64,000 nucleotides of DNA from Promethearchaeati archaeon SRVP18_Atabeyarchaeia-1 (GTDB taxonomy: Archaea; Asgardarchaeota; Atabeyarchaeia; Atabeyarchaeales; Atabeyarchaeaceae), in the NCBI GenBank assembly GCA_037308085.1, contig CP147779.1:1984001-2048000 (forward strand), written 5' to 3'. Below are positions 29,837-38,636 of this stretch, piece by piece; position 1 is the first letter of the stretch, and each line of letters opens with the position of its first letter. Position numbers and translations under genes: made by a program. The notes under the pieces were generated by a model that was given only the letters and a program-made list of their open reading frames with translations, did no database searches and was not told where the DNA came from.

Positions 29837-30381
29837 GGGCGGCAGCCTTATGAAGAGACTAAGAGGAAAGACAGGCAGAACGCACAAGCCTATGAGGCAA
29901 GCGGTATTGTTTGAAATGAGGCACACTCTCGACAAGTCGATTTGCCCCAGACAAACTTGGTGGTTGGAGTGCTGTCGAACAGAGGCTACGCAAGATTGCT
30001 AGAATGCCTTACTGGGATTAGGATGTCTTCGCCAGCGTCGGTATTTTATCGGTTGCACCTTTTCTGTCTCGGATCTTAGGGGCAATGGAGCTCTCTCGAA
30101 TAACTACTTCTGATTAACGAAGGCTACCGTCTTTAGGACTAGGGGAAAACTGGAATCTCAGCGCAGATGTTCCAAGCTATCCTCAGTACATGATTTGCTT
30201 GGAACAGATAATCGCTGGGTGTGTATGCGCTTTCCAAAGGCGGGTGAACTGCAATTCGGATCATTATCAAATCGTCAATGGAGCGAATTCACTCGAGGAC
30301 CATGCCTAATTATTGTGGTGATGATAGGGGTCTTTTTAATCCTTGAGGGTTACTCCCTGATGGTAGCTGGGATCTAGATGG

Positions 30382-30861
30382 TTGAAAGGAAAGGTGGATG
30401 TAGCCTTGCTCACAGAAGAAGAGAACGAGTGGCAAGTAGCCGACGATTTGAAGGAAGCCCGAATGAAGCGGTGGCAGGAGTGGTCTCGAGCCCACAAGAA
30501 GGAACGAAGCGAGTACAGCAAAGTCCAGAATATGAGGCAGCGTGATGAGGTTCATGAATGGCTTGGTGGCAGTTGTTTTGTCTGTGGCTCCAGAAATGCA
30601 TTGGAGATTCATCATCTGCGCGACAGACATGGAACGGCTAGCCGGGTCTTCTCAATCTCGGAGGCGAGAAGGAATCCTAGAGGGCTTGTGTTGCTGTGTT
30701 TCAAACACCACAAGGTTATCCACGCAGGCAATCTCAAGTCCTACAGACTGCTCAAATGGCTCTTCGAAGTGGCCAGAGCATCTTCATACCGCATGAACCT
30801 GCGCGAGCTGCTACCAAAGCAAATCGGAAAGCGAAGTCGCACACAGGTCTTCAGTACTTGA
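30382..30861 (+). CDS. HNH endonuclease-like protein
   Basis: CFVCGS...LEIHH...LVLLCFKHHKVIH. Confidence 0.65.
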   Translation: MKGKVDVALLTEEENEWQVADDLKEARMKRWQEWSRAHKKERSEYSKVQNMRQRDEVHEWLGGSCFVCGSRNALEIHHLRDRHGTASRVFSISEARRNPRGLVLLCFKHHKVIHAGNLKSYRLLKWLFEVARASSYRMNLRELLPKQIGKRSRTQVFST

Positions 30862-31080
30862 AATCCACCAAGGAAGCCAGCTCTTTCCCCGAATGCTTCC
30901 GCGCCTGGAGTGTCCCACCCTCGAAGACGTCTACCCAGCGATCGCCTATTTAAATAGCCTAACAGCTATTCAACCCTGCCCGACCGAAGCTTCCAGAAAT
31001 CGCAACGCATTTGTCTTCTTCATGATGCGTGGAATGCCCCCAAGTGCATATCGTATAATGCCTCCAATACCGTCTACGTC

Positions 31081-31953
31081 TCATGTTCTGATCAGGCCTA
31101 GGCGTGCCAGTTCTTCTTCGGTGTCTCGCATGTCTATTGCCTCGTATATTGCAGTTGTGTCTCGGTTCTTGTGGTGTAGTAAGTTCTGCAGGTATTCCGT
31201 TCTGACGTTTCTGCGTCTCATGGCGACAGCGAATGTGTGTCTCAACATGTGTGGTGAGATCCTCTTGGTTATCCCGCCTTTTCTGGCAACCCTTTCTACG
31301 GTGTATTGAAGCCCTCTCCTTGAGAGGTGGATAAGGAGATCGTCGCTTTCGAGTCGTTGCTCTTGGACATGGCGTCTGATGAGTTTCGCCGCGTCTTCGT
31401 CAATAAGGGCGGGGACAATGATGTAGGGGCGTACGGCACCTCGCTTCAGCCTAACATTAAGATGACTGGTTTCGAGGTCGATATCTTTCACCTTCAGACT
31501 GAGAAGTTCTCCCATTCGCATTCCTGTGCTTACGAGCAGGTTGACAATGAGCTTTTCTCTGGGACTTGAAGCTGCGCTTAGGAACCTTTCTTTCTCTTCC
31601 TCGGTCAGGTAGATTGGGTTTCGGGGCGGCCTTGCCATCCTGGCGGTTCTGGGCATGGGGCTCCCGGTGATTCTGCCGCTGTCAACCATGTACTGAAAGA
31701 AGGATGAGAGGCATGCTCTCGTGGCGATTATTGATGATCTCCTGTACGCGTGCTTGTGGACTCTGTCGCCGCTCGGCTTGCTGAGGTATTCTATGAAGGC
31801 TGCCAGGTCCTGCCTTGTGATCTTCTTGATGTTCCTGTCGTCTGCGAGGAAACGCCGGAACATTCCCAGGGTGTATCCGTATTGTTTGGGTGTTAGGTCG
31901 GAGGTGTCTCTGAGCTTGAGCTGACCTAGGAAGGCTTCAATTTCCTGGTTCAT
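31081..31953 (-). CDS. Xer-family tyrosine recombinase
   Basis: 290 aa, N-terminal SAM-like domain, TGMRMGEL (R), SPHMLRH (HxxR), LLHH, TTAIY (Y). Confidence 0.9.
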   Translation of the reverse strand: MNQEIEAFLGQLKLRDTSDLTPKQYGYTLGMFRRFLADDRNIKKITRQDLAAFIEYLSKPSGDRVHKHAYRRSSIIATRACLSSFFQYMVDSGRITGSPMPRTARMARPPRNPIYLTEEEKERFLSAASSPREKLIVNLLVSTGMRMGELLSLKVKDIDLETSHLNVRLKRGAVRPYIIVPALIDEDAAKLIRRHVQEQRLESDDLLIHLSRRGLQYTVERVARKGGITKRISPHMLRHTFAVAMRRRNVRTEYLQNLLHHKNRDTTAIYEAIDMRDTEEELARLGLIRT

Positions 31954-31976
31954 GGGTCTGCAACCCCGTTATTTTT

Positions 31977-32004
31977 GCTTCGCAAAAACTGTATTATGTG
32001 CAGT
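31977..32004 (-). promoter_or_regulatory. dif-like site in the recombinase promoter (inverted, different spacer)
   Basis: Minus strand ACTGCACATAA-TACAGT-TTTTGCGAAGC, between a TATA-like CTTAAATAG (~32021-32029) and the ATG at 31953. Confidence 0.75.
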
Positions 32005-32063
32005 ACCTGTGCCCGAGCCCCTATTTAAGGGCTTTTCCCCCCACCCTCCACAGCCAAAAACCC

Positions 32064-32840
32064 CTACCTTCGGCGCCCACCCGGCGGCCGGAGGCGCGCC
32101 TCCCCAAGCTGCTTCGCCAGGTCACCCTCCTCGAGCCTATGGCCACATGACGGGCACTTCTCGTTGACGTGCAGGAACTCGAGCAGGTGCACCCTGTGCG
32201 CAGCAGCCCCACAGAAGGGGCACCAGGCAAGCAGATCACCCTCCCCAAACCCAAGGTGGCAGACCATGCAGATCCGCAGCCCATCACCCTGCGCCACGGG
32301 GGGCGCCGCCTCGGCCGCTTTGCCGGGCGAAGGCGGGGCTCCGACGCCCGCCGCAAGGTTTTCCCCGCAGCTCCAGCAGTAGCCGGCATCCTCGTTGGCT
32401 GCGCCGGCGCCGCAGCGCGGGCAGGCGCGCCCCTGGACGGCAGCCTCATCCGCCTTGGAGGGCGCTCCCCAGCGCTCAAGCTCAAAGAGCTCCGCGCTGC
32501 CCTTATCCGCGAAGAACATCCTCATCTGCTCGTACTGGTTTTTCAAACTCTTCTTGGTGTCCCCCACGACCAGGAACCTGGCGGCGCATCTGTTTCCGCC
32601 GGAACCTGCAATGACCACGAAGACCGTGTCAAGCGTATCCCCGCCGCTCTCCGTGTATACCACACCTAACCTGCCAGACTCGTAGAGGCGGGTTCCCGCC
32701 CGATACCCTGCGAGGTTGTTAAGCTTCCCATAGAATTGGGTGAAGGCGTCAATGACCCTGCTCACATCGACACCGGGCCTAAGCCTTAGGCTGACCTCCT
32801 CCCACAGGGGCGGCTCCCTCGGAAATCGACCAATAGACAA
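32064..32840 (-). CDS. Zn-ribbon plus RING-like domain protein
   Basis: CPRC...CWSC; CMVC-x12-CPFC-x4-H-x2-H-x10-CPSC. Confidence 0.75.
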   Translation of the reverse strand: MSIGRFPREPPLWEEVSLRLRPGVDVSRVIDAFTQFYGKLNNLAGYRAGTRLYESGRLGVVYTESGGDTLDTVFVVIAGSGGNRCAARFLVVGDTKKSLKNQYEQMRMFFADKGSAELFELERWGAPSKADEAAVQGRACPRCGAGAANEDAGYCWSCGENLAAGVGAPPSPGKAAEAAPPVAQGDGLRICMVCHLGFGEGDLLAWCPFCGAAAHRVHLLEFLHVNEKCPSCGHRLEEGDLAKQLGEARLRPPGGRRR

Positions 32841-33282
32841 CTCTCACAACCCCTCTGTCAGAGAGTTAGAACAATGCAGAGATAAGGTTTGCCGTCTCCG
32901 CCCTGCCGCCTGAACTCACCCTGCGCAGGCGACAAGCGCTTCGCGATTGCGGGCAATAAGCGGCGGACTCTGTATTACATTACCCCCATTGAGTGGCATT
33001 TCCATAAATGAAAGTATAGGGCTATTTGTAGAAGTTCATGGGAGAAGTCGGCGGATCACCCGAAACCTAATTAAATAGCCTGCTAATTATACAAACCGCG
33101 GTCTGCACTTATTGGCGCAGCCTAGGGAAGGGAAGCCTACCTGCGGTGGAAGCGCCAGGCCCACCCACAGGGAGACCTCAGTCCAAGTTGCAGCCTCTTC
33201 GAGGCAGCCGCAAACCATTATATGCACCCTCCAACGTACCTTCGAAGTAGCCAGCAGGTGAGAGGAAAGGGGGCTATCCAAG

Positions 33283-33948
33283 ACGGCGAATAGGAAGGGG
33301 AAGGCCATCCCAGCGCTTGCCCTGCTTGCCCTAGTCTTTCTATCCTCCTCCGCGGTAACCACGTCGCGGGCTGCCGACTACACTAAGGTCGGCGTGAAGG
33401 TGGGGGACAGAGCAGACTATGCAACAGACTACTGGCAGGCTGACCGCCTGGCAATTGAGATCACAAGTGTAGTGGGGGCCGTGGTGTACGCAACGATGAC
33501 AGACTACTGGGCCAACGGCACAGTGGTGAACGTCAACACCTACCATGGCAACATCTCAGCCGGCGGCCTGGAGTTCCTCTACTGCGCAAACCTGCAGAAA
33601 GGCGACAAACTCTACGAAGGATCCACCGGCAAGTGGTTCAACGACACCTTCTCAATGGAGCTCGCCGGCGAGACGAGAACCGTGAACCTGCTGCTCCAAT
33701 TTGGCGATCACGCCTACTTTGATCAGGCAACTGGGATCTTAGCCAAGCTCGTCTCCCTGCCAGGCGAGTGGAACTACACCATGATCTCAACGAACATGTG
33801 GGGGCCTGGCATGGTGGATCCGGTGGCGCTAGCGATCGTTGGTGGAATCGCAGCGATAGCGACAGTGGTAATTGTAGCGGCGGTCAAACTCAAGAAGGCA
33901 GGGAAGTTCGGCGTAGCCGAGCCGACGTTCGGACCCAGGCGCCGCTGA
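33283..33948 (+). CDS. Surface type I membrane glycoprotein, paralogue 1 (probable ACG start; track start 33394)
   Basis: AADYTKVGVKVGDRADY...YFDQATGILAK...NYTMISTNMW plus TM. The signal peptide is encoded upstream of 33394. Confidence 0.75.
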   Translation, partial: TANRKGKAIPALALLALVFLSSSAVTTSRAADYTKVGVKVGDRADYATDYWQADRLAIEITSVVGAVVYATMTDYWANGTVVNVNTYHGNISAGGLEFLYCANLQKGDKLYEGSTGKWFNDTFSMELAGETRTVNLLLQFGDHAYFDQATGILAKLVSLPGEWNYTMISTNMWGPGMVDPVALAIVGGIAAIATVVIVAAVKLKKAGKFGVAEPTFGPRRR

Positions 33949-34209
33949 CCTGCTTTTTTGTGGGTTGGATCTGCCATCCATCACCACCTATTTTCCTTTC
34001 ATGAAGAGTAAAGGTCGGGGCTGACTCCTTGCAAGGAGCCCTCTTTCGTCTTTCAAAGACGCTCCAGTGGGCGCGATGAGAAAAAGCGGAAACCAAGCGG
34101 GGGCTAACGGCCCAACTGCGGAACCAAATCGTTTTATATAGGTGCTTCTAGACAATCTAGACAATCCTCATCATAAGATAACACAACTAAGGGGGATGCG
34201 TCGACTATC

Positions 34210-34830
34210 ATGTCTCGGATAAGTAATAAGGTCACTTTCAGTTTTGCATTAATCGCGCTCGTATTGTTCTCTTCGTCAATCATAGCCACGTCGCAGGCTG
34301 CTGACTACGCCAAGATCGGCGTCAGAGTAGGAGACAGAGCAGACTATTCCATCGCGAACCCTAACCACGACCGGCTACGGCTAGAAGTGACAGAGGTTAC
34401 AGGAGTCTTCGTTAATATCACCATCACAGACTACTGGTCCAACGGCACGGTGGTAGATTTTACCACTGCACGCGGCAACGTTTCAAACGGCGGATTGGCG
34501 GAGGTTCTGCTGTGCGGGGGTCTGCAGGCAGGTGACCTACTTTACCCAGGAGCAGGCATGTACTTCAATTACACCGTAAGCATGGAGATCGCTGGAGCAA
34601 TGAGAACCGTGAATGAGATCATTATCTCAGGCGACCAACACGTATACTACGATCAGGAGACCGGAATATTCGCCAAAATGGCTCACCCGGGTCACTCGAA
34701 CGTTACCATGATCTCGACAAACATGTGGAGACCCGTTGATCCAGTGGTGCTGATTCTCATTGGCGGCGGAGGCGCAGCGGTGGCGGCCATCGTGGTGGCG
34801 GCTATCATCCTTCAAAGGCGCAGGAAGTAG
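34210..34830 (+). CDS. Surface type I membrane glycoprotein, paralogue 2
   Basis: Signal peptide, AADYAKIGVRVGDRADY, YYDQETGIFAK, C-terminal TM followed by RRRK, several N-x-S/T sequons. Confidence 0.8.
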   Translation: MSRISNKVTFSFALIALVLFSSSIIATSQAADYAKIGVRVGDRADYSIANPNHDRLRLEVTEVTGVFVNITITDYWSNGTVVDFTTARGNVSNGGLAEVLLCGGLQAGDLLYPGAGMYFNYTVSMEIAGAMRTVNEIIISGDQHVYYDQETGIFAKMAHPGHSNVTMISTNMWRPVDPVVLILIGGGGAAVAAIVVAAIILQRRRK

Positions 34831-34890
34831 TAGATGAGTGGCGGCAAGCTGTGGAGCGAGCAGCCCCGCAAACTCCTCCCCTAGCCTCTT

Positions 34891-35180
34891 TTTTTCTGCC
34901 AATTCCTTCGCCGACAAAGGGGAGGAGCAACAGGCCAGCCTCGATTTCTACTCTATCTCCCCGTGGTCCTCTTGCAGACGTCGATCAGCTGTCCGCTATT
35001 CAAGGTGCACATTCGCGCTAGACATATGCGATGCGATGGTCTCCCATATAATTAGGCAGTGGGTCGAGGTACGGACACCTGCCGCCATTGATTCAGTTTA
35101 TTCGTCCCTTGCCGCCCGTTCTGAGGGCGAAGAGGTACATGTGGTGAGCCTCGTTGGCAAGAATATGGATCGAGCTGCAA
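34891..35180 (+). repeat. Diverged ~290-bp direct repeat of 36010-36307, including the first 9 codons of the arrestin gene
   Basis: Shared TTTATTCGTCCCTTG.CGCCCGTTC.GAGGGCGAAGAGGTACATGTGGTGAG..TCGTTGGCAAGAATATGGAT. Confidence 0.85.
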
Positions 35181-35337
35181 CCAGCATCCCCTGCCAGATA
35201 GGCGCCCCCCCGAAGGAGGAGGGGGAGGAGAAGGCCGCTAAGCCAGCGAGCTGCAGCCTGAAGAGTATAAATACAGCCTACAACAAACATCGTAGGCAGC
35301 GCGAGCTGGAACACCAGCAGGAGGATGATGCGAGAGC

Positions 35338-35946
35338 GTGAACAGGAAAACAGCTTCAATCTTGGCTCTTCTGGCGACGCTACTTGTCTGTTCCACAATC
35401 GTGGCGCCCTCAACGGCCGCCGACTACTCGAAGATCGGAGTCAAAGTGGGTGATAGGGCAGACTACTCCATCCAATACGCCGAATGTGACCGGCTGCGGG
35501 TAGAGGTCACAGAGGTAACAGGGACCTTCGTAAACCTGACCTTGACCTATCACTGGTCGAATGGCACAGTGGTAGACCTTATCCATTATGCAGGAAACGT
35601 ATCAAGTGGTGACTTGGCAGACGCCGTGGTATGCGGGGGCCTGCAGGCTGGCGACCCACTCTGGCAGGGTGGCTACCTGTTCTTCAGTAGTACAGTCAAC
35701 TTGGAGATCGCGGGAGAAATGAGAACAGTTAATGACCACACCGATGGTGGCAGCCACTATTACTTCGATCAGGAGACTGGAATCCTGGCGAAGGCTGTGG
35801 CCCCAGGTGGCTCTAACTACACCATGATCTCAACGAACATGTGGGGAGCGGCTAACCCAATGGTGCTGATTCTCATTGGCGGCGGAGCGGCAGTGATCGC
35901 CCTAGTCGCAGCGATTGCGGTACTGGTGAGTAGACGCCGAAAGTAG
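35338..35946 (+). CDS. Surface type I membrane glycoprotein, paralogue 3
   Basis: Same motifs as paralogues 1 and 2. Confidence 0.8.
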   Translation: MNRKTASILALLATLLVCSTIVAPSTAADYSKIGVKVGDRADYSIQYAECDRLRVEVTEVTGTFVNLTLTYHWSNGTVVDLIHYAGNVSSGDLADAVVCGGLQAGDPLWQGGYLFFSSTVNLEIAGEMRTVNDHTDGGSHYYFDQETGILAKAVAPGGSNYTMISTNMWGAANPMVLILIGGGAAVIALVAAIAVLVSRRRK

Positions 35947-36280
35947 GACTCAGAGTCATGCCTAAGGAGAGAGACTCGAAACAACAATATCGCGCTCTTC
36001 TCCATCTTTTTTTTCTGCCAGGTCCTTAGGCGGCAAATGGGAGGAACACCGGGCTAGCCTCAATGCTCAATGTGTACCCTATCTCCCTACGACCCTCTTG
36101 CGAACTTCGATCAGCTGTCTACGATTCGAGGCGCATATGCGCGCTAAATATATGTGGTGCGACGTTTTCCTGTATCATTAGGCGGCGGGGCCCAGATATG
36201 GACCTTTGCCTCCTTCGATTCGGTTTATTCGTCCCTTGTCGCCCGTTCAGAGGGCGAAGAGGTACATGTGGTGAGTTTCG

Positions 36281-37402
36281 TTGGCAAGAATATGGATTGA
36301 GATGCAAAAGCAAGTCTACTTGCTTGGCGAGGAGGTAAGCGGCATTGTGCACGCCTCCTTGGACAAGCCAATCTCCCAGAGAGGCGCCGCAATACATTTG
36401 ATAGGTAAGGAGAGGACCGAAATCAGCTACCAACAGGCGGTCCAGCCAGGTCATACCCAGCAAACGGGGATAGGGGCTGTAATCCAAGGCTACCAAAGAA
36501 CAGGTCAACCCACTAGTACCCAGCAGACGCGCACGGAAACTGCGGTCCAAGAGTCTGAGTTCTTGCATCAGGAATATCCGATACCCTTGCCGGTAGATGA
36601 GAAGGGAAAGTTTAGTCCTGGAGAGCACGCCGCCCCGTTCAAATTCATGCTGCAGCAAGGTTTGCCGGCAAGCTACGCGGGCCGCCATGCAAGAATCCAG
36701 TACTTAGTAGAGGCGAAGATCGACGTTCCTATGGGTATGGATGTGAGGCAGTCATCTCAGTTTACCGTCGCATCGGCAAATCTTCAGCCCCTCCAATCTG
36801 GACCGGTTACCGCCTACTCCGACTCTTGGGGAAACCCGCAGAGCGCTGGCATCAGCTTCACTATCGAAAGAAGCCAATACGGGAAAGGCGAAGTTGTGAG
36901 TGGCAAGTGCTCCTTCAGAAATCCATCCTCGAAAGACTTGAGGAAGATTGACATCCATCTTAGATGGGTCGAGACGGCAAGCGCTCAAAACCAGAGAGCC
37001 ACAACCGAGGTAATTAGACAGGATTCCCAAATCCCGGTAGGGGGCAGAGTGCTTCAAGGTGAGACACCCTTCAGCATAAACGTACCCGGGCAAGCCCCAC
37101 CTACCTACGAGGCAACACTCTCAAATGTAAGATGCATTTTGAGCGCAAGCATGGACATCGCCATGGGGCTTGATGTCGCTGCAAGCCAGACGATTAGTAT
37201 CGTCGAAAACGCGGGACCTGGGGCGCCTCCGCCTCCCCAACCTCCAGTCAGGCAAGGCGAAGTACCTTGGACAGGCCCAGCGCAGACTTATCAGCCAGCC
37301 AACTACCCCCAACCAGCCGGCGCAGGCGCTTATTGCCCACACTGCGGTGCTAGCATCAAATCAGGCGAACAGTACTGCCCCATGTGCGGCTCCAGATTAT
37401 GA
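36281..37402 (+). CDS. Arrestin/Vps26-fold protein with Pro-rich linker and double Zn ribbon
   Basis: VYLLGEEVSG, PFKFMLQQGLPASYAG...IQYLVEAKID (arrestin-N), YGKGEVVSG (arrestin-C), CPHC...CPMC. Confidence 0.75.
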   Translation: MARIWIEMQKQVYLLGEEVSGIVHASLDKPISQRGAAIHLIGKERTEISYQQAVQPGHTQQTGIGAVIQGYQRTGQPTSTQQTRTETAVQESEFLHQEYPIPLPVDEKGKFSPGEHAAPFKFMLQQGLPASYAGRHARIQYLVEAKIDVPMGMDVRQSSQFTVASANLQPLQSGPVTAYSDSWGNPQSAGISFTIERSQYGKGEVVSGKCSFRNPSSKDLRKIDIHLRWVETASAQNQRATTEVIRQDSQIPVGGRVLQGETPFSINVPGQAPPTYEATLSNVRCILSASMDIAMGLDVAASQTISIVENAGPGAPPPPQPPVRQGEVPWTGPAQTYQPANYPQPAGAGAYCPHCGASIKSGEQYCPMCGSRL

Positions 37403-37700
37403 AGAACGGTGCAACGGCACATGGAGAATGTCGAGAAGGAGCCTCCAAGGGAATGGCGTGAACTCTCTTCGCTGATCCATCGGTTCACGGCGGCTGTGAA
37501 TAAGCAGCCATCTTCAGCTTGACCTGTGTCTCTTACTTTGGGTCCATGATTTCGTTGGCAGTTTGTGTGCTCTTTTATCGCTTTTGTCGGCGAGAAGCGA
37601 AATCTCCCCTGGCTCGGAGAGCAGGTCTAAGCATATGCTTAAATACGGGGGTGAGCCATACTCGGCTGCAATTCGAGATAAAGTGTGGAGCGAGTTTTCT

Positions 37701-38351
37701 GTGAGGAGGAGCCGAGCTTATTCGCTTGTAGCGCTCTCGATACTCATGGTTCTTGTGGCATCCACTACCCCTGCTGCCGCCGCGGACTACGCAAAGGTTG
37801 GCGTCAAAGTAGGGGACATTGCAACGTACAGGACGGCGATGTCGGGCTCAGCTGTTAACAAGACGGTGTTTCTCGTATATGGGATTGTTGGAACCTCCTT
37901 TTACATCAACTATACGTATTTCCTCCCGAACGGCGCAGTGTCTAGCCAGGGTCAACTTGTCGGGGACACTGTGACTGGGGGCATGTTGAATGTCTTGGTG
38001 ACGAAGAATCTGACGACTAATGACCGGATCTATTCTGGCTCACCGATAAAGATTAATGACTCGGGCATATTGATCTTCGGTGGTATGTCTAGAATCATCA
38101 ACCATGCGAGGATTTCCGGTGGATTGTTTGAATTTTGGTGGGACAAGGACACAGGTCTCGTCGTCAAAATGAACCTCTACTCCGTTGCCTGGCTTAACTT
38201 AACTATGATTTCAACGACAGCTTGGTTTCCCGTGGCTCCCCCGGGCTTGTTCGATAACCCCTTAGCGTTGCCGCTTCTGGTAATGAGCGCTCTTGTAGTC
38301 GCGCTTCTTGTAGCGATACTTGTTGTAGCTAGACGCAAGAAGCACAGATGA
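37701..38351 (+). CDS. Surface type I membrane glycoprotein, paralogue 4 (more divergent)
   Basis: AADYAKVGVKVGDIATY, WWDKDTGLVVK, NLTMISTTAW plus TM. GTG 37701 gives the signal peptide. Confidence 0.75.
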   Translation: MRRSRAYSLVALSILMVLVASTTPAAAADYAKVGVKVGDIATYRTAMSGSAVNKTVFLVYGIVGTSFYINYTYFLPNGAVSSQGQLVGDTVTGGMLNVLVTKNLTTNDRIYSGSPIKINDSGILIFGGMSRIINHARISGGLFEFWWDKDTGLVVKMNLYSVAWLNLTMISTTAWFPVAPPGLFDNPLALPLLVMSALVVALLVAILVVARRKKHR

Positions 38352-38636
38352 GGCGAGTGCGGAATGCGCGCTCGAGGACTCTTTCTTGGAATGCTGTTAG
38401 TTTAACCTTCTCTGCCTGATCACCGTGCTGAGTTATGATAAGGTCATCATTCCAAAATCCCGAGAGATAGGTCACACTCCTGCTAAGCTTATCTGGCGAT
38501 ATGCTGAGGCAGCAAGAAAGAACGCGTGCGAAAAGGATGAAGCGAATAGATAATAGGAGAGAAGAGATCTATGACAACATGGAACAGTTTAAAGCCCTGC
38601 TAACCATGATAAGAATTCAAGTGTGAGGTTCTTGAA

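Noticed and set aside
37090-37112. PPTY in the 36281 arrestin as a WW-binding PPxY motif
   Set aside because: It aligns with APLTF/APLTY in the paralogues, so it is a structural arrestin-C motif.
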